Shown here piece after piece: positions 18,821-29,313 of a stretch of DNA of 64,000 bases. The stretch is from Nannocystis radixulma (lineage in GTDB: Bacteria; Myxococcota_A; Polyangia; Nannocystales; Nannocystaceae). The stretch spans positions 281,350 through 345,349 of the forward strand of contig NZ_JAQNDN010000024.1 of the NCBI RefSeq assembly GCF_028369095.1, given 5' to 3'. A program made the translations under genes and the position numbers. Numbering within the stretch: position 1 is the first letter of the stretch; each line of letters starts with the position of its first letter. The notes under the pieces are model-generated. The model worked only from the letters and a program-made list of their open reading frames with translations. It searched no databases and was not told the DNA's origin.

Positions 18821-19840
18821 TCACGGGATCGGCGTGTCGTCGTCGTCGTAGACGTTGCCCGAGATGACCGGGTTCGGGTCGTCGATCACCCACGGGCCGT
18901 ACCCGTGGCCGCGGCCGAAGCGGTTGTCGATCACCTGGGTGCCCATCGGCACGGTGTCGCCCTCGCCGCGGATGTTGAGGGTCCAGCCGCCGCCGTCGAA
19001 CCAGTTGCACTCGAGCGTGAGGTCGATGGTGGCGCCGCCGAGGTCGCCGGTCTGCACCGCGGCGTTGCTGGCCCCGGAGATGTCGTTGTGGCGCAAGGTG
19101 ACGCCGGCGCCGCCGGTCGACTGCACGCCGTCGTTGTGCTCACCTTCCCCATTGGACAGGTCGTGCACCCAGCAGTCCTCGATCAGCACGTTGCTGTCGG
19201 CCTTGAAGCCGTCGGCGGTGCCGTGGACGTCGAGCCGGCGCGCGGTGTAGTTGGCGAACGAGATCGCGGCGGTGGCGTTGCCGCTCAGGCCCTCGATCTC
19301 GCTGTCCTCGACCACGAGGCCGACGTTGTCCTCGTCGAAGTAGCGGATCGGGTAGTAGTCTTCGGTGCGGATCCGGACGTTCCGGATCGTGACGTCGTCG
19401 GCCAGGATCGTGATCGTGCCGTCGATGTCGAGGCCCTCGATGACGGCGCCGTCCTCCTCGACGGTGATCGAGCCGCTCGGCACGAGGGTGACGCCCGCCG
19501 GCACGCCCGTGTTGTCGGGCCCGGGCCGCGGGCCGTCACACGGGCCGAGCGGCTCGCCGGTGGTGGCGTCGGTGGTGGTGCCGGTCTCGTCGGCGGTGGT
19601 GGTGCCGCCGGTGGTGGGCGCGTCCGTGGTGGGCGCGGTGGTGGTGGTCGTCGTGGTGCTGCCGGCGCCGTCGGTCGCGCCGCCGGTGGGGTCGGTGGTC
19701 CCGGCGCTGGCGCTGCCTGTCGTGTCCGCCGTGGCGCCGCCGCTGGTGCCCGCTGTCTCGCCGTCGCTGTCGCCGGGTGCCGGCGCACCGCCGCATGCCA
19801 GCACCAGCGCCACGCTCGCGCACCCCATGAAGCTCCGCAT
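18821..19840 (-). CDS. Lipoprotein with right-handed parallel beta-helix (pectate-lyase-like) domain
   Basis: MRSFMGCASVALVLACGG lipobox and a T/G linker. The body shows beta-helix repeats (ITILADDVTIRNVRIRT..., NDISGASNAAVQTGD...). Confidence 0.6.
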   Translation of the reverse strand: MRSFMGCASVALVLACGGAPAPGDSDGETAGTSGGATADTTGSASAGTTDPTGGATDGAGSTTTTTTTAPTTDAPTTGGTTTADETGTTTDATTGEPLGPCDGPRPGPDNTGVPAGVTLVPSGSITVEEDGAVIEGLDIDGTITILADDVTIRNVRIRTEDYYPIRYFDEDNVGLVVEDSEIEGLSGNATAAISFANYTARRLDVHGTADGFKADSNVLIEDCWVHDLSNGEGEHNDGVQSTGGAGVTLRHNDISGASNAAVQTGDLGGATIDLTLECNWFDGGGWTLNIRGEGDTVPMGTQVIDNRFGRGHGYGPWVIDDPNPVISGNVYDDDDTPIP

Positions 19841-19994
19841 CGTCCGCCCCTCCGCGCGGGATCTTCGGGGCACGGAGCGGCAGCGTCAATCCGGGAGAGC
19901 GCGGCGCGCCTGCGCACGCGACGACACGAGACCCCGATGGGGTCCGGGAAACCTCAGGGACAGTGTCGCCGGTATGTCCATCAAGACATGTCCT

Positions 19995-20435
19995 TCAAGG
20001 CAGACCACCGGGATGGAGCCCCTCGACTCCGGCGTCGATGTCGAGCTCGAGGACGACGGGCTCGTCGTGGGGGAAGGTCGCGAGCGCGCGGTCCCAGTCG
20101 CAGGTGACAATGGCGGCGAGGCGCACGCCCGCGGGCGAGGGGGCGAGCGTGAAGCCGAGGGCGCAGACGTCCTGGCCGCCGGGGTAGAGGGTGACGGCGC
20201 GGCCGAGCAGGGCGCCGACGACCTCGTCGAGGGAGCGCAGGTCGACGGTCACCTCGGCGCCCACGAGCTCGGCGGGCGCGCGCGGACCCGGCGTCACGGT
20301 GCCGGCCAGCCACAGCGTCTGCCCGGCGTGATCGAGGGCGAGGTTCCAGTCGGCCTCGGGAGCGTGGCAGTGATAGGCCTCGAGCGAGGCGCGGTCCAAT
20401 GTCCAGCTGTCGTGACCGATCCGGATCCGGCTCAT
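19995..20435 (-). CDS. Hypothetical protein
   Basis: A 146-aa product from internal ATG 20435, with balanced composition. A GTCCGAAGAGACAG motif sits immediately upstream. Confidence 0.35.
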   Translation of the reverse strand: MSRIRIGHDSWTLDRASLEAYHCHAPEADWNLALDHAGQTLWLAGTVTPGPRAPAELVGAEVTVDLRSLDEVVGALLGRAVTLYPGGQDVCALGFTLAPSPAGVRLAAIVTCDWDRALATFPHDEPVVLELDIDAGVEGLHPGGLP

Positions 20436-20715
20436 GGCGGCAGGATGGCACAGAGGTGTCCGAAGAGACAGATGGTACGGAGGCCCGACGCCTGCGTCGC
20501 CCAGTCGCGGCTGCAGGCCAGCGACGACATCGTGGCGTGCCTGAGCACGCGCGATGCGAGAGGCTCGCCGATTCTCCACACTCGATGTGTCGCCCGGCAT
20601 TTGGCCTTGCAATTCACGGCTCGCCGGGTGACCGTCGTTGGGACCGCCCGTGCCGATGGTGCCGCCAATCGCACTCCCGCCCCCGACGACTCCGGGCCGG
20701 CAGGGAAGCGCGCGG

Positions 20716-21423
20716 ATGCGCTGGTGGCAGCCGGTTCTCACGGGTCTGGCCGGGGTCGCGCTGACCTTGGGGCTGATGCTGGGGCTCGCCGTGGCAAACT
20801 CGCAGCCGCCCACTCGACCCGCGCCCCCCGAGCCGACGACGGTGAGCCTGAGCACCGAGGGACAAGGGTTCCGGGCCGCCGACGTGGTCTTCCCGCTCGA
20901 GCGCTACGTGCTCCACGGCGAGACACAATGGCTGCCCCTGCTGCTGCAGCTCGAGGATCCGGAGTTCCTCGCCGGTGACAAGCGGGCGTGCATCTCGCGC
21001 TTGCACGAGATGCCGGAGGACGCGAATTGCCGGGTCGAGTACTCGTTGTGGCTCGACCCCGATCGACGCGGGCGTGTGCTCGGGATCGAGGCGCTCGTGA
21101 CCGCGGGCGAGGCATCGCCATGTCGGGGGTACGTCGAGTGCCGCGTGCCGGGGCTGGCGAGCGTGCAGCTCGAGGTGCCCGAGGACGTCTTTCTCGCGCA
21201 CCCGTCCGGCCTGCGCATCACCGACAAGGTGACGCACGCGACGCGTCGGCCCAACGTGGAAGACGAGGAGCGCGAGCGTGCGGAGCTGACCGCGCTCCTC
21301 GCGGCCCCGGATCCTCCCGACCTCCTCTCGATGCCCCCCGAGGCGCAGCGGCTGCACAGGTTCTTCCGCGAGCGGAAGGCGCAGCTGCTGGCGGTGTTGC
21401 AGCAGCGAGGGCAGCGACGATGA
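20716..21423 (+). CDS. Hypothetical membrane-anchored protein
   Basis: One N-terminal TM (MRWWQPVLTGLAGVALTLGLMLGLAV) followed by a globular body. The stop overlaps the next ATG (ATGA). Confidence 0.45.
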   Translation: MRWWQPVLTGLAGVALTLGLMLGLAVANSQPPTRPAPPEPTTVSLSTEGQGFRAADVVFPLERYVLHGETQWLPLLLQLEDPEFLAGDKRACISRLHEMPEDANCRVEYSLWLDPDRRGRVLGIEALVTAGEASPCRGYVECRVPGLASVQLEVPEDVFLAHPSGLRITDKVTHATRRPNVEDEERERAELTALLAAPDPPDLLSMPPEAQRLHRFFRERKAQLLAVLQQRGQRR

Positions 21424-22010
21424 GTCGCGCGTGGTTGATTCACCTCGGCGCCTGGCTGCTCGGCTGCATGGTCGCGGTGGCCCTGGCGCCGCTGTTGCGC
21501 GGCTTCCTGTCGCCGTGGCGCGCGATCGGGCCCGACAAGATCGCGATGTTCTCCTCCGACGTGTGCAAGACGAGTCGGTCGGCGCTCGAGCACATCCGCG
21601 GCGATCCCCGGCTGGCGGCGTTCATCGTGCCGGTCCCGGCCGACGGACCCGACGCCGAGACGCCGATCGTCTGCGCCGCGGCGCTGGAGATCCTCGCCGC
21701 CGAGAGCTGGCGGGTGCGCTGGCTCCCCGCAGCGCTGGCGTGCCGGTGGCTCAAGGAGGACGCGTTCGCGGTCGTTCCGGAGCAGGGCGTTCCCACGCCG
21801 TCGTGGTATGTGGCGGGCAGGTTCGTCGACGGTGCCCGGAGCGCCGACGAGGCCGCGGTGTTTGCCGCGCGCGGGTGGCGAATCGAGTGGACCTACAGGG
21901 GGCTGCGTCTCTCGCGGCTCGATGCACCGCCTCCGCCCGAGGAGCCGGCGCCGCCGATCCGTCGGCTCGAGGATCTGGGGAAGAGCTCCTATCGCGACGA
22001 CCGCTGGTGA
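21420..22010 (+). CDS. Hypothetical membrane-anchored protein
   Basis: MSRAWLIHLGAWLLGCMVAVALAPLL TM segment, translationally coupled to the upstream ORF. Confidence 0.45.
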   Translation: MSRAWLIHLGAWLLGCMVAVALAPLLRGFLSPWRAIGPDKIAMFSSDVCKTSRSALEHIRGDPRLAAFIVPVPADGPDAETPIVCAAALEILAAESWRVRWLPAALACRWLKEDAFAVVPEQGVPTPSWYVAGRFVDGARSADEAAVFAARGWRIEWTYRGLRLSRLDAPPPPEEPAPPIRRLEDLGKSSYRDDRW

Positions 22011-22247
22011 GAGGTGCTCAGCCCTCGCATCGCGCGATCTGGAGCGAGCATAGGTGCAGCTGCACGCTTCGTATATGTCCTGAGAGACAGGTTGTGTTCG
22101 GCTGTCACGTGGGTCGCGGGGCACGCGCAGATCCGCGTGTGGGTCGACGACCCCCGTCGTGATGCAGGTCCGTGGTGACGCGGGCGCGGTCCCTGGCTCG
22201 CGCGGCGCGGCCCCGGACCACAGTGTGCGCCCGGGGGAACGACGCCG

Positions 22248-23069
22248 ATGCCGCACATCACGACCAAGGACGGGACGACGATCTACTTCAAGGACTGGGG
22301 CACGGGGCAGCCGGTGGTCTTCAGTCACGGCTGGCCGCTCACGGCGGACGCGTGGGACGCCCAGATGATGTACCTGGCCGACCATGGCTTCCGCGCGATC
22401 GGCCACGACCGCCGCGGTCACGGGCGATCGAGTCAGCCGTGGCAAGGCAACGACATGGACCAGTATGCCGACGACCTCGCCGAGCTGTTCGCGGCGCTCG
22501 ACCTGAAGCAGGCGATCATGGTCGGGCACTCGACCGGCGGCGGCGAGGTGGCGCGCTTCATCGGCCGTCACGGCCAGGAGCGCGTGGCGAAGGCGGTGCT
22601 GGTCGGCGCGGTGCCGCCGGTGATGGTGCAGTCGCCGTCGCACCCGAACGGCCTGCCGCTGACGTTCTTCGCCGACATTCGCCGCGGGGTGGCGGCCGAC
22701 CGCTCGCAGTTCTACCGCGACCTGTCGGGGCCGTTCTTCGGCGCCAACCGCCCCGACTCGCAGGTGTCGCAGGGCATGCGCGACAGCTTCTGGCTGCAGG
22801 GCATGATGGGCGGGCTGAAGGGCCAGTACGACTGCATCAAGGCGTTCTCGGAGACGGACTTCACCGAGGACCTCAAGCGCTTCACGGTGCCGACGCTGAT
22901 CATCCATGGCGACGACGACCAGATCGTGCCCTTCGCCAACTCGGCCGCGCTGTCGAGCAAGCTGGTGAAGGGCGCGACGCTGAAGGTGTACGCCGGCGGG
23001 TCGCACGGGCTGGCGCAGACGCGCCAGCAGCAGCTCGACGCCGACTTGCTGGCGTTCGCCAGGGGTTAG
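22248..23069 (+). CDS. Alpha/beta-hydrolase, non-haem chloroperoxidase/arylesterase family
   Basis: Near-canonical family sequence: [31 protein letters not shown]...[17 protein letters not shown]...[14 protein letters not shown]. Confidence 0.85.
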   Translation: MPHITTKDGTTIYFKDWGTGQPVVFSHGWPLTADAWDAQMMYLADHGFRAIGHDRRGHGRSSQPWQGNDMDQYADDLAELFAALDLKQAIMVGHSTGGGEVARFIGRHGQERVAKAVLVGAVPPVMVQSPSHPNGLPLTFFADIRRGVAADRSQFYRDLSGPFFGANRPDSQVSQGMRDSFWLQGMMGGLKGQYDCIKAFSETDFTEDLKRFTVPTLIIHGDDDQIVPFANSAALSSKLVKGATLKVYAGGSHGLAQTRQQQLDADLLAFARG

Positions 23070-24082
23070 TGGATGGCGGCCGCGCAGGCGCCCGGGTCGC
23101 TCTCCCACACGTCGCAGTAGCGGTCGGCGAGGAGGGCGCCGCGGCTGCTGTCGAAGTCGCCGCAGCCGCTGATGTCGTCGAGGGCGTCGAAGCAGCCCGG
23201 GAATTCGTAGGGCACGCCGTTGTCGTCGTACATCTTGAGGCGCAGCTGGTCGCCGATGCACACGGCGCCGTTCGGGCCCCACTCGGCCTCGATGCCCCAG
23301 CTCTGCCGCTCGAGCGTGGCCGGGCTCTGGATCGCCGGGCTGAGCGCGTCGAACACGTCGATCGGCGTGCCGGTGAAGGTGTGCGGGGTGCCGTCGCCGC
23401 AGTAGTCGGCGCGGGCCAATCGCGTGCACGTCTGGTGGTGATCGGCGAGCCCGACGCCGCCGACGGTGGCCCACGGGCGGTAGCCCCACTCGACACACTT
23501 GGCCAGCACGGCGTCGCGGCAGGCGAACGTCACCGCCGTGGGATCGTCGACCCGCGCGCCGGTGGTGGGGTTCCACCAGTTGGCGATCGCTATGGCCTGG
23601 GTCGGCTGGCCGTTGTGGTCGTTGCAGAGGCTCGACCACTGGCTGGTCTCGTTGTCCTGGACGGCGATGTCATAGAACCACACGTCACCGTTCGGGTCGG
23701 CCGGGTCGAGATAGATGTCGTCGAAGCGCAGGACGAAGGTGGTGCCGCCGCCCTCGAGCGTGAGCACCGAACCGATCAGGTCGTCGCCGCTGACGGGCAC
23801 GGGCGTGCCGTCGACGTCATGCGTGGCGGAGAAGCTGCTGCCGACCAGGCTGATGCCGTTGAGGTTCCACCCGTTGAGGTTCCACCCGTTCATGCGCATG
23901 CCGTTGAGGGCGGTGCCGTTCATGCGCATACCGTTGAGGTTCCAGCCGTTGAGCCGCGCGGTATTCAACGCGATGCCGTTGTTTTCGTCGTTGCGTACCG
24001 TAATCGCTGTTCCGTCGTCGTTCCCGACGACATCACAGGCCACCACCGAACCGATGAGCAGAAGGCAGATCCCACGAGTCAT
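23066..24082 (-). CDS. Pentapeptide-repeat lipoprotein
   Basis: [16 protein letters not shown] lipobox and tandem [18 protein letters not shown] pentapeptide-like repeats. It converges on the chloroperoxidase gene with overlapping stop codons. Confidence 0.6.
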   Translation of the reverse strand: MTRGICLLLIGSVVACDVVGNDDGTAITVRNDENNGIALNTARLNGWNLNGMRMNGTALNGMRMNGWNLNGWNLNGISLVGSSFSATHDVDGTPVPVSGDDLIGSVLTLEGGGTTFVLRFDDIYLDPADPNGDVWFYDIAVQDNETSQWSSLCNDHNGQPTQAIAIANWWNPTTGARVDDPTAVTFACRDAVLAKCVEWGYRPWATVGGVGLADHHQTCTRLARADYCGDGTPHTFTGTPIDVFDALSPAIQSPATLERQSWGIEAEWGPNGAVCIGDQLRLKMYDDNGVPYEFPGCFDALDDISGCGDFDSSRGALLADRYCDVWESDPGACAAAIH

Positions 24083-24398
24083 GAGCTCATCATCTCCTGA
24101 CCGAACTGCATGATCGAGGTCATTGTGGAGCGCAAGCGAGGAGGTTGCGATCCGGATGCAAGCGTCCGGCGTTACGATTGTCCGGTCACGTACGCGCTCG
24201 CATTCGTGCGTCCGTGACACACACCAGGACCGACGCGGCGTGCACCTGCAAAGAAGATCGCAACAATCCCGCTGCGGTCGCCGGCGAGTGATGGGCGCCG
24301 CGGCAGCGATGACACCCGGGCCCACATGCTCGCCGCCGCGAGATGCAGACGGAGGATCGACCGACCCCGATCGACGACCGGGGCCGGTCCGCTGACGA

Positions 24399-25193
24399 TC
24401 ACGCCCCGGAGGCGATCGGCGTCACGTCGGAGGGGATCGGGGCAGTGCGCCCGGGCACGATGCCGCGCTCGGCGAAGTCGGCGATGATCTTGTGGGCCCG
24501 CTCCATGACCTGCGCGAGCTCGGCGTCGGACAGGCCCTTGGTCTCGATCGGCGCGCCGACGTAGATCGTGATCCGGGACGGCGTCAGCAGGTACGAGCCC
24601 TTCTGCATCAGGTCGTACATGCCGTGCGTGGCCAGCGGGATGACCGGCAAGCCGGCGATCCGGGCCATCCAGAACACGCCGCGCTTGAACTCGGCGACCT
24701 TGCCGTCGAGCGTGCGGTGAGCCTCGGGGAAGGCGAGGATCGAGATGCCCTTCTTGGCCCGGTCGCGCGCGGCCTCGGCGATCGCACGGTAGCGGTTGGA
24801 GCCGCTCGGCACCGGGATGCCGTCGGCGAGCTTCATGATCCAGCCGTACATCGGGATCTTGAACTGCCAGGCGTTCATCAGCCCGCAGAAGGCGTGCGGG
24901 ATCGAGGCACAGGCGGCGTGCGCGTCGAGCAGGTTGACGTGATTCTGCATGAACACGCCGCGCCGCTCGGGGTCGAAATCGGGGTCGTAGATGATCTCGA
25001 CGCGGCTCAGCGTGATCTTGAGGACGGCGCCCATGCCGGGCCCGCCGATGTAGTTGTGGGTCTTGCGCGAGGGCACGACGGTGGACACGGCGGCCCACGT
25101 GACGGCGACGGCGCCCATCCACGTGAACGAGACCGTCCAGACGACGGCGGAGTAGACGACCTGAGCTGCCTTCTTGATGAACTTGAACACCAT
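24399..25193 (-). CDS. 1-acyl-sn-glycerol-3-phosphate acyltransferase (PlsC/LPLAT family)
   Basis: The N-terminal TM is followed by the NHVNLLDAH (HxxxxD) motif and the FPEAHRT and ATHGMYD blocks. Confidence 0.8.
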   Translation of the reverse strand: MVFKFIKKAAQVVYSAVVWTVSFTWMGAVAVTWAAVSTVVPSRKTHNYIGGPGMGAVLKITLSRVEIIYDPDFDPERRGVFMQNHVNLLDAHAACASIPHAFCGLMNAWQFKIPMYGWIMKLADGIPVPSGSNRYRAIAEAARDRAKKGISILAFPEAHRTLDGKVAEFKRGVFWMARIAGLPVIPLATHGMYDLMQKGSYLLTPSRITIYVGAPIETKGLSDAELAQVMERAHKIIADFAERGIVPGRTAPIPSDVTPIASGA

Positions 25194-25198
25194 GACGA

Positions 25199-26107
25199 TC
25201 ACGTCCGGACATCGAGCGCGGCCGGGACGACCTCCAGCCGCCGCGGGTTGATCTTGATCATCTCGCCGTCGACCATCACGTCGATGTCGTCGGCGAGGCG
25301 GAGGTCGAGGCCAGGGGCCTGATAGCAGCGCACGGCCGGGTGCTGCACGTGGGTGCCGCTGAAGATCTTGGGGAAGGTGCGCAGGAGCCCGACGCGGCCC
25401 AGGCGGCCGACGCGGATGATGTCGAGCAGGCCGTCGCGCGTGTTGGCGTCGGGCGCCATCATCATCTTGCCGCCGGTGAAGCGGCTGTTGTTGAACGAGA
25501 GGAAGGTCAGCGGCTCCCGATCCTCGGGCTGGCCGTCGATCTGCATCGGGAAGGTGTACGGCCGCAGCGCGGCGACCCGCAGCACGGTGCTCAGGGTGTA
25601 GCCGAACTCGCCCAGGCCGGAGAAGCTGCGGTTGCGGGTGGCGCCGACGTCGGCGACGAAGCCGATGCTGAAGATGTTGATGAAGTGCAGGGCGCCGCGC
25701 GTGTGGGTGCAGCGGATGAGGTCGCACGGGCGCGTCTTGCCGGCGATGATGGCCTCGATCGCGTACTCGGCGCCCTGGTCGGTGAAGTCGCGCAGGAAGG
25801 AGTTGCCTGTCCCGAGAGGCAGCATGCCGAGCGACGGCCGCTCACCCGCGGGCAAGGCGCCGGAGAAGATGCCGTTGATGAGCTCGTAGCTGGTGCCGTC
25901 GCCGCCGACGGCGATGAAGTGGCGCCGCCCGGCGGCGACCGCCTCGCGCGCGACGTCGGTGGCCTGACCGGGCGCCCTGGTCTCGACGACGTCGACCTTG
26001 ACGCCCGACTGCCGCAGCCGCTCGACGGCCGCGGGGGCCCGCTTGCCGCACACGCCGCCGCCGGCGGCTGGATTGACGACTGCGAGGAGTGCGGCCGGAT
26101 CGTGCAT
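25199..26107 (-). CDS. Diacylglycerol-kinase catalytic-domain lipid kinase (YegS/DAGK_cat family)
   Basis: FIAVGGDGTSYELINGI and GMLPLGTGNSF motifs. It ends 5 bp upstream of the plsC start. Confidence 0.8.
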   Translation of the reverse strand: MHDPAALLAVVNPAAGGGVCGKRAPAAVERLRQSGVKVDVVETRAPGQATDVAREAVAAGRRHFIAVGGDGTSYELINGIFSGALPAGERPSLGMLPLGTGNSFLRDFTDQGAEYAIEAIIAGKTRPCDLIRCTHTRGALHFINIFSIGFVADVGATRNRSFSGLGEFGYTLSTVLRVAALRPYTFPMQIDGQPEDREPLTFLSFNNSRFTGGKMMMAPDANTRDGLLDIIRVGRLGRVGLLRTFPKIFSGTHVQHPAVRCYQAPGLDLRLADDIDVMVDGEMIKINPRRLEVVPAALDVRT

Positions 26108-26137
26108 GGGTGCAGCCTATCAGGCCCCGGAGGACGA

Positions 26138-27853
26138 TTACAGCTCGCGCAAGGCGAGGGCGCGGCCGAGCGGCTTGAGCTCGCGGGCGAGAGGGTCGCG
26201 CTTGATCTTCTGCGAGGCGGTGCGCGGGAACTCGCGCTCCCACAGGACGTAGGCGGAGATCCGCTTGTAGTCGGCGAACTGGCGGTTGCGCTTGCGGAAG
26301 GCGTCGATGACGTCGGCCCGCGCGGCCTCGTCGAGGCCGGCCTTGGGCCGCACGACGACGATCAGCTGCTCGTCGGTCATCTTGCCGGTCGGCCAGATGA
26401 AGTTGGCCGCGAACACGCAGAACTCCTCGCAGTCGTCGATGTCGCCGAAGGCGGCCTCGATGTCCTCCGGATAGACGTTCTTGCCGCCCTCGGTGACGAT
26501 CATGTTCTTGGTGCGACCGAGCAGCTTGAGGTGCCCGGCGGCGTCCATGGTGCCGAGGTCGCCGGTCCGCAGCCAACCATCGACGATCGCCTCGCGCGTC
26601 AGCTCGGGCGCGTCGAGATAACCCAACATGACGGTGGGACCGCGCACCCACACCTCGCCGACGCCGCTCTCGTTGACGTCGCGCAGCTCGATCTCGGTGC
26701 CCTCGACCGCCTTGCCGACGCTGTCGCCGCGGAACGGCTTGAGGTCGTTGACGGTGAGGACGGTGCCGGCCTCGGTGAGGCCGTAGCCGATCACGACCGG
26801 CAGCCCGAGCCGGTTGAAGTACTCGGCGCTCTGCCGGTCGACGAAGGCGCCGCCGCAGAACATGAGCCGCAGCTTGCCGCCGAAGTACTCGTGGATCGGG
26901 GCCAGCAAGGTCTTGCTCAGCCCGTGGTTCGGCGCCTGCCGCGTGGCGTACTCGTTGATGTCCATGAGCCCGTCGAGCACGAGCCGCTGCCACTTCGGCA
27001 GCTCGGCGATCTTGTCCTTGATCTTCTTCTCGAGGGTCTTGAGGATCGTCGGCACCAGCGCCATGTGCGTGATGCCGTAACGCTTCATGGTGCTGGCCAG
27101 ATAGGCCGGCCTCAAGGTCCGCTGGTGGACGACGGCGCCGCCCATCATCAGCGCGAGCAGAAAGCCGCACATGAAGTCGATGGCGTGGTTGGTCGGGAGG
27201 ATCGAGAAGTATCGATCACCCTCGCTCAGCGGGTAGAGGTTGCCGAGCGTCTCGGCCTGCGCCATGTAGTTGGCGTGCGAGAGCTGGCAACCCTTGGCGG
27301 CTCCGCCGGTGCCCGAGGAGTAGACGATGCAGGCGACGTCCTCGCGCGCTCGCGCGTGGAAGGTGAAATCTGACCCCTGGGGCAGGTCCTCCCAGCGCAG
27401 CGCCCGGCCGATGTTGGCGCCCTCGGGCGCCTCGGTGACGATGACGAGGGTGCGCTCGAAGATCGAGGGATCCTCGCGCTGCAGCTTGTCCCACGCCGGC
27501 CACTCCGCGAGCACGACCCGCGGCCGACAGTGCGCGAGCAAGGCGTGCTGCTCGGGCGCGGTCAACTTGTAGTCGATGGGGACGAGGACGGCGCCGGCCC
27601 ACAAGGCCCCGGTGGCGCCGATGAGCCACTTCGACTGGTTCTGCATGACGATCGCACAGCGATCGCCAGGCCCGAACCCGTGAACCTGCAGGCCAGCCCC
27701 GAACCGCTCGGCCTGCGCTCGCAGCTCGGCGAAGGTGTGGCGCGAATTCTCGCGGTGCCGATCGGCCTCGATCAGCGCGACGCGGCTCTTGTACGTGATG
27801 GTGGCGTCACGCAGCGCCTCGCCCAGGCAGGACAGCTTTCCCAGGTCGAGCAT
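26138..27853 (-). CDS. Fatty-acyl-AMP ligase / AMP-dependent synthetase
   Basis: YSSGTGGAAKGCQLSHAN (AMP-binding motif), GYGLTEAG, TGDLGTMDAAGHLKLLGRTKNMI. Its start abuts the ACP stop. Confidence 0.85.
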   Translation of the reverse strand: MLDLGKLSCLGEALRDATITYKSRVALIEADRHRENSRHTFAELRAQAERFGAGLQVHGFGPGDRCAIVMQNQSKWLIGATGALWAGAVLVPIDYKLTAPEQHALLAHCRPRVVLAEWPAWDKLQREDPSIFERTLVIVTEAPEGANIGRALRWEDLPQGSDFTFHARAREDVACIVYSSGTGGAAKGCQLSHANYMAQAETLGNLYPLSEGDRYFSILPTNHAIDFMCGFLLALMMGGAVVHQRTLRPAYLASTMKRYGITHMALVPTILKTLEKKIKDKIAELPKWQRLVLDGLMDINEYATRQAPNHGLSKTLLAPIHEYFGGKLRLMFCGGAFVDRQSAEYFNRLGLPVVIGYGLTEAGTVLTVNDLKPFRGDSVGKAVEGTEIELRDVNESGVGEVWVRGPTVMLGYLDAPELTREAIVDGWLRTGDLGTMDAAGHLKLLGRTKNMIVTEGGKNVYPEDIEAAFGDIDDCEEFCVFAANFIWPTGKMTDEQLIVVVRPKAGLDEAARADVIDAFRKRNRQFADYKRISAYVLWEREFPRTASQKIKRDPLARELKPLGRALALREL

Positions 27854-28087
27854 CTAGCGCCTCGCGTCGATCTTCTGCGCCAGAGCAGCGAAGGTCTTGA
27901 TCCCCTGGAGCTCGTAGTCGGGCAGCTCGACGTCGAACTCGTCCTCGACGTCCGAGATGAGCTCGACGGCCTGAAAACTGTCGATGCCCAGGCGCTCGAA
28001 CAGGTCGTCCTCGGCGCGGAGCTTGGCCGGGTCGGCGCCGAAGCGCTTGGCGGCGAGACGGATGAGTGTGTCGAGAGTGTCGCTCAT
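27854..28087 (-). CDS. Acyl carrier protein
   Basis: 78 aa with LGIDSFQAVELI around the phosphopantetheine Ser, followed by an acidic helix. Its stop is adjacent to the ligase start. Confidence 0.7.
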   Translation of the reverse strand: MSDTLDTLIRLAAKRFGADPAKLRAEDDLFERLGIDSFQAVELISDVEDEFDVELPDYELQGIKTFAALAQKIDARR

Positions 28088-28129
28088 CGGATTTGCTCTC
28101 AATGTTCTGCTTCTGCTGTCGGGACGGGA

Positions 28130-29250
28130 ATCAGGCGTCGGGGTTCACGCGTGCTCGGACGCGGGGCGACTCGGGCGGCTCGGACGAGAGGCGTCGAGGC
28201 TCGCGTGTGCGGGGACGCGGGGCCGCGGGGAGCGGCTCAGGCGAGAGGCGTCGAGGCTCGCGTGTGCGGGAACGCGGGGCTGCGAGGAGCGGCTCAGGCG
28301 AGAGGCGTCGAAGATCGCGTGCGCGGGGACGCGGGGCCGTGGGGAGCGGGGAGGGGCGGCCCCGCGGCGGCGGAGCGGGTCCCTCGCGACGCGAGACCTG
28401 CCATGCCACATGCTCGACGCGGAAGGGCGATGGGGCATGTCCGAAGATTGATCCCGCGTCTGCGCGTGAGGCATGGGGCCCCTCGCTGCGTCCCACTCCG
28501 CCGCCGCGAGGCCGCCCCAGAAGATTGTGGTGGGCCCCGCTTGTCGTGAGGCGGAGAGGGTCGCTTCAAGCGCAAGAGAGGAGGCCGTGGCGGGCCCCGC
28601 TTGTCGTGAGACGGAGAGGATCGCTTCGAGCGAGAGAGCGGAGGTCGTGGCGGGCCCCGCTTGTCGTGAGACGGAGAGGATCGCTTCGAGCGAGAGAGCG
28701 GAGGTCGTGGCGGGCCCCGCTTGTCGTGAGACGGAGAGGATCGCTTCGAGCGAGAGAGCGGAGGTCGTGGCGGGCCCCGCTTGTCGAGAGGCGGAGGCGG
28801 TCGCTTCGGCGGCGGTGCCGGAGGCCGCGAAGGGCATCGTCGGTTCAAGCGGAGAAGCGGAGGCCGTGCCTGCTCGTTCAGACATGTTTCTCGAAGCAGG
28901 GCCGAAGGGACAGCCGAGCGGCGATGAGCGGGGCCGCTCGACGATCGTCTGGGTCGGCCCGGGCGCGGCGGAGTGGGACGCAGCGGGGGGCCCCATGCCT
29001 GGCGCGCAGACGGCGAGAGAACCTTCGGAAAGCGGAGAGCAAAACATCGCCGGCGAGCACCTGGCATGGCAGGTCTCGCGTAGCGAGGGACCCGCTCCGC
29101 CGCGCCCGGGCCGACCCACCCGGGTCTTCGTGGCCCCGCGCCCGCGCGGAACAAGAGACGAGCCGCAGTTCGAGACCTCGCGCCCACGCGGAACAAGAGA
29201 CGAGCCGCAACTCGTGAGCCTCTCATCGCCGCGCACAACCAATGCCACGC
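28130..29250. repeat. Composite repeat element: minisatellite A (about 57 bp x3, 28176-28346), core with CATGTCCGAAG motif, minisatellite B (60 bp x5, 28532-28830), partial inverted copy of the core (about 28890-29110), second short tandem (about 42 bp x2, 29120-29200)
   Basis: Direct reading shows near-identical tandem units (GGGCCCCGCTTGTCGTGAGACGGAGAGGATCGCTTCGAGCGAGAGAGCGGAGGTCGTGGC x5). Reverse-complement similarity links 28340-28500 to 28960-29100, and the ORF-track proteins here are repeat-driven. Confidence 0.75.
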
Positions 29251-29313
29251 CACCCGAATGTCTGCGGGTCCTGGTCCGTGGTTGGACGCGAGCAGGGCGG
29301 GCGCGAGCAGGGC

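Noticed and set aside
25340-27373. 677-aa plus-strand ORF and the overlapping 25842..27170 minus ORF
   Set aside because: Off-frame or antisense to the lipid kinase and AMP-ligase genes, which carry canonical catalytic motifs.
28532-28830. Possible CRISPR array
   Set aside because: The 60-bp units are entirely repeated with no unique spacers between them, so this is a minisatellite rather than repeat-spacer architecture. No cas genes are nearby.
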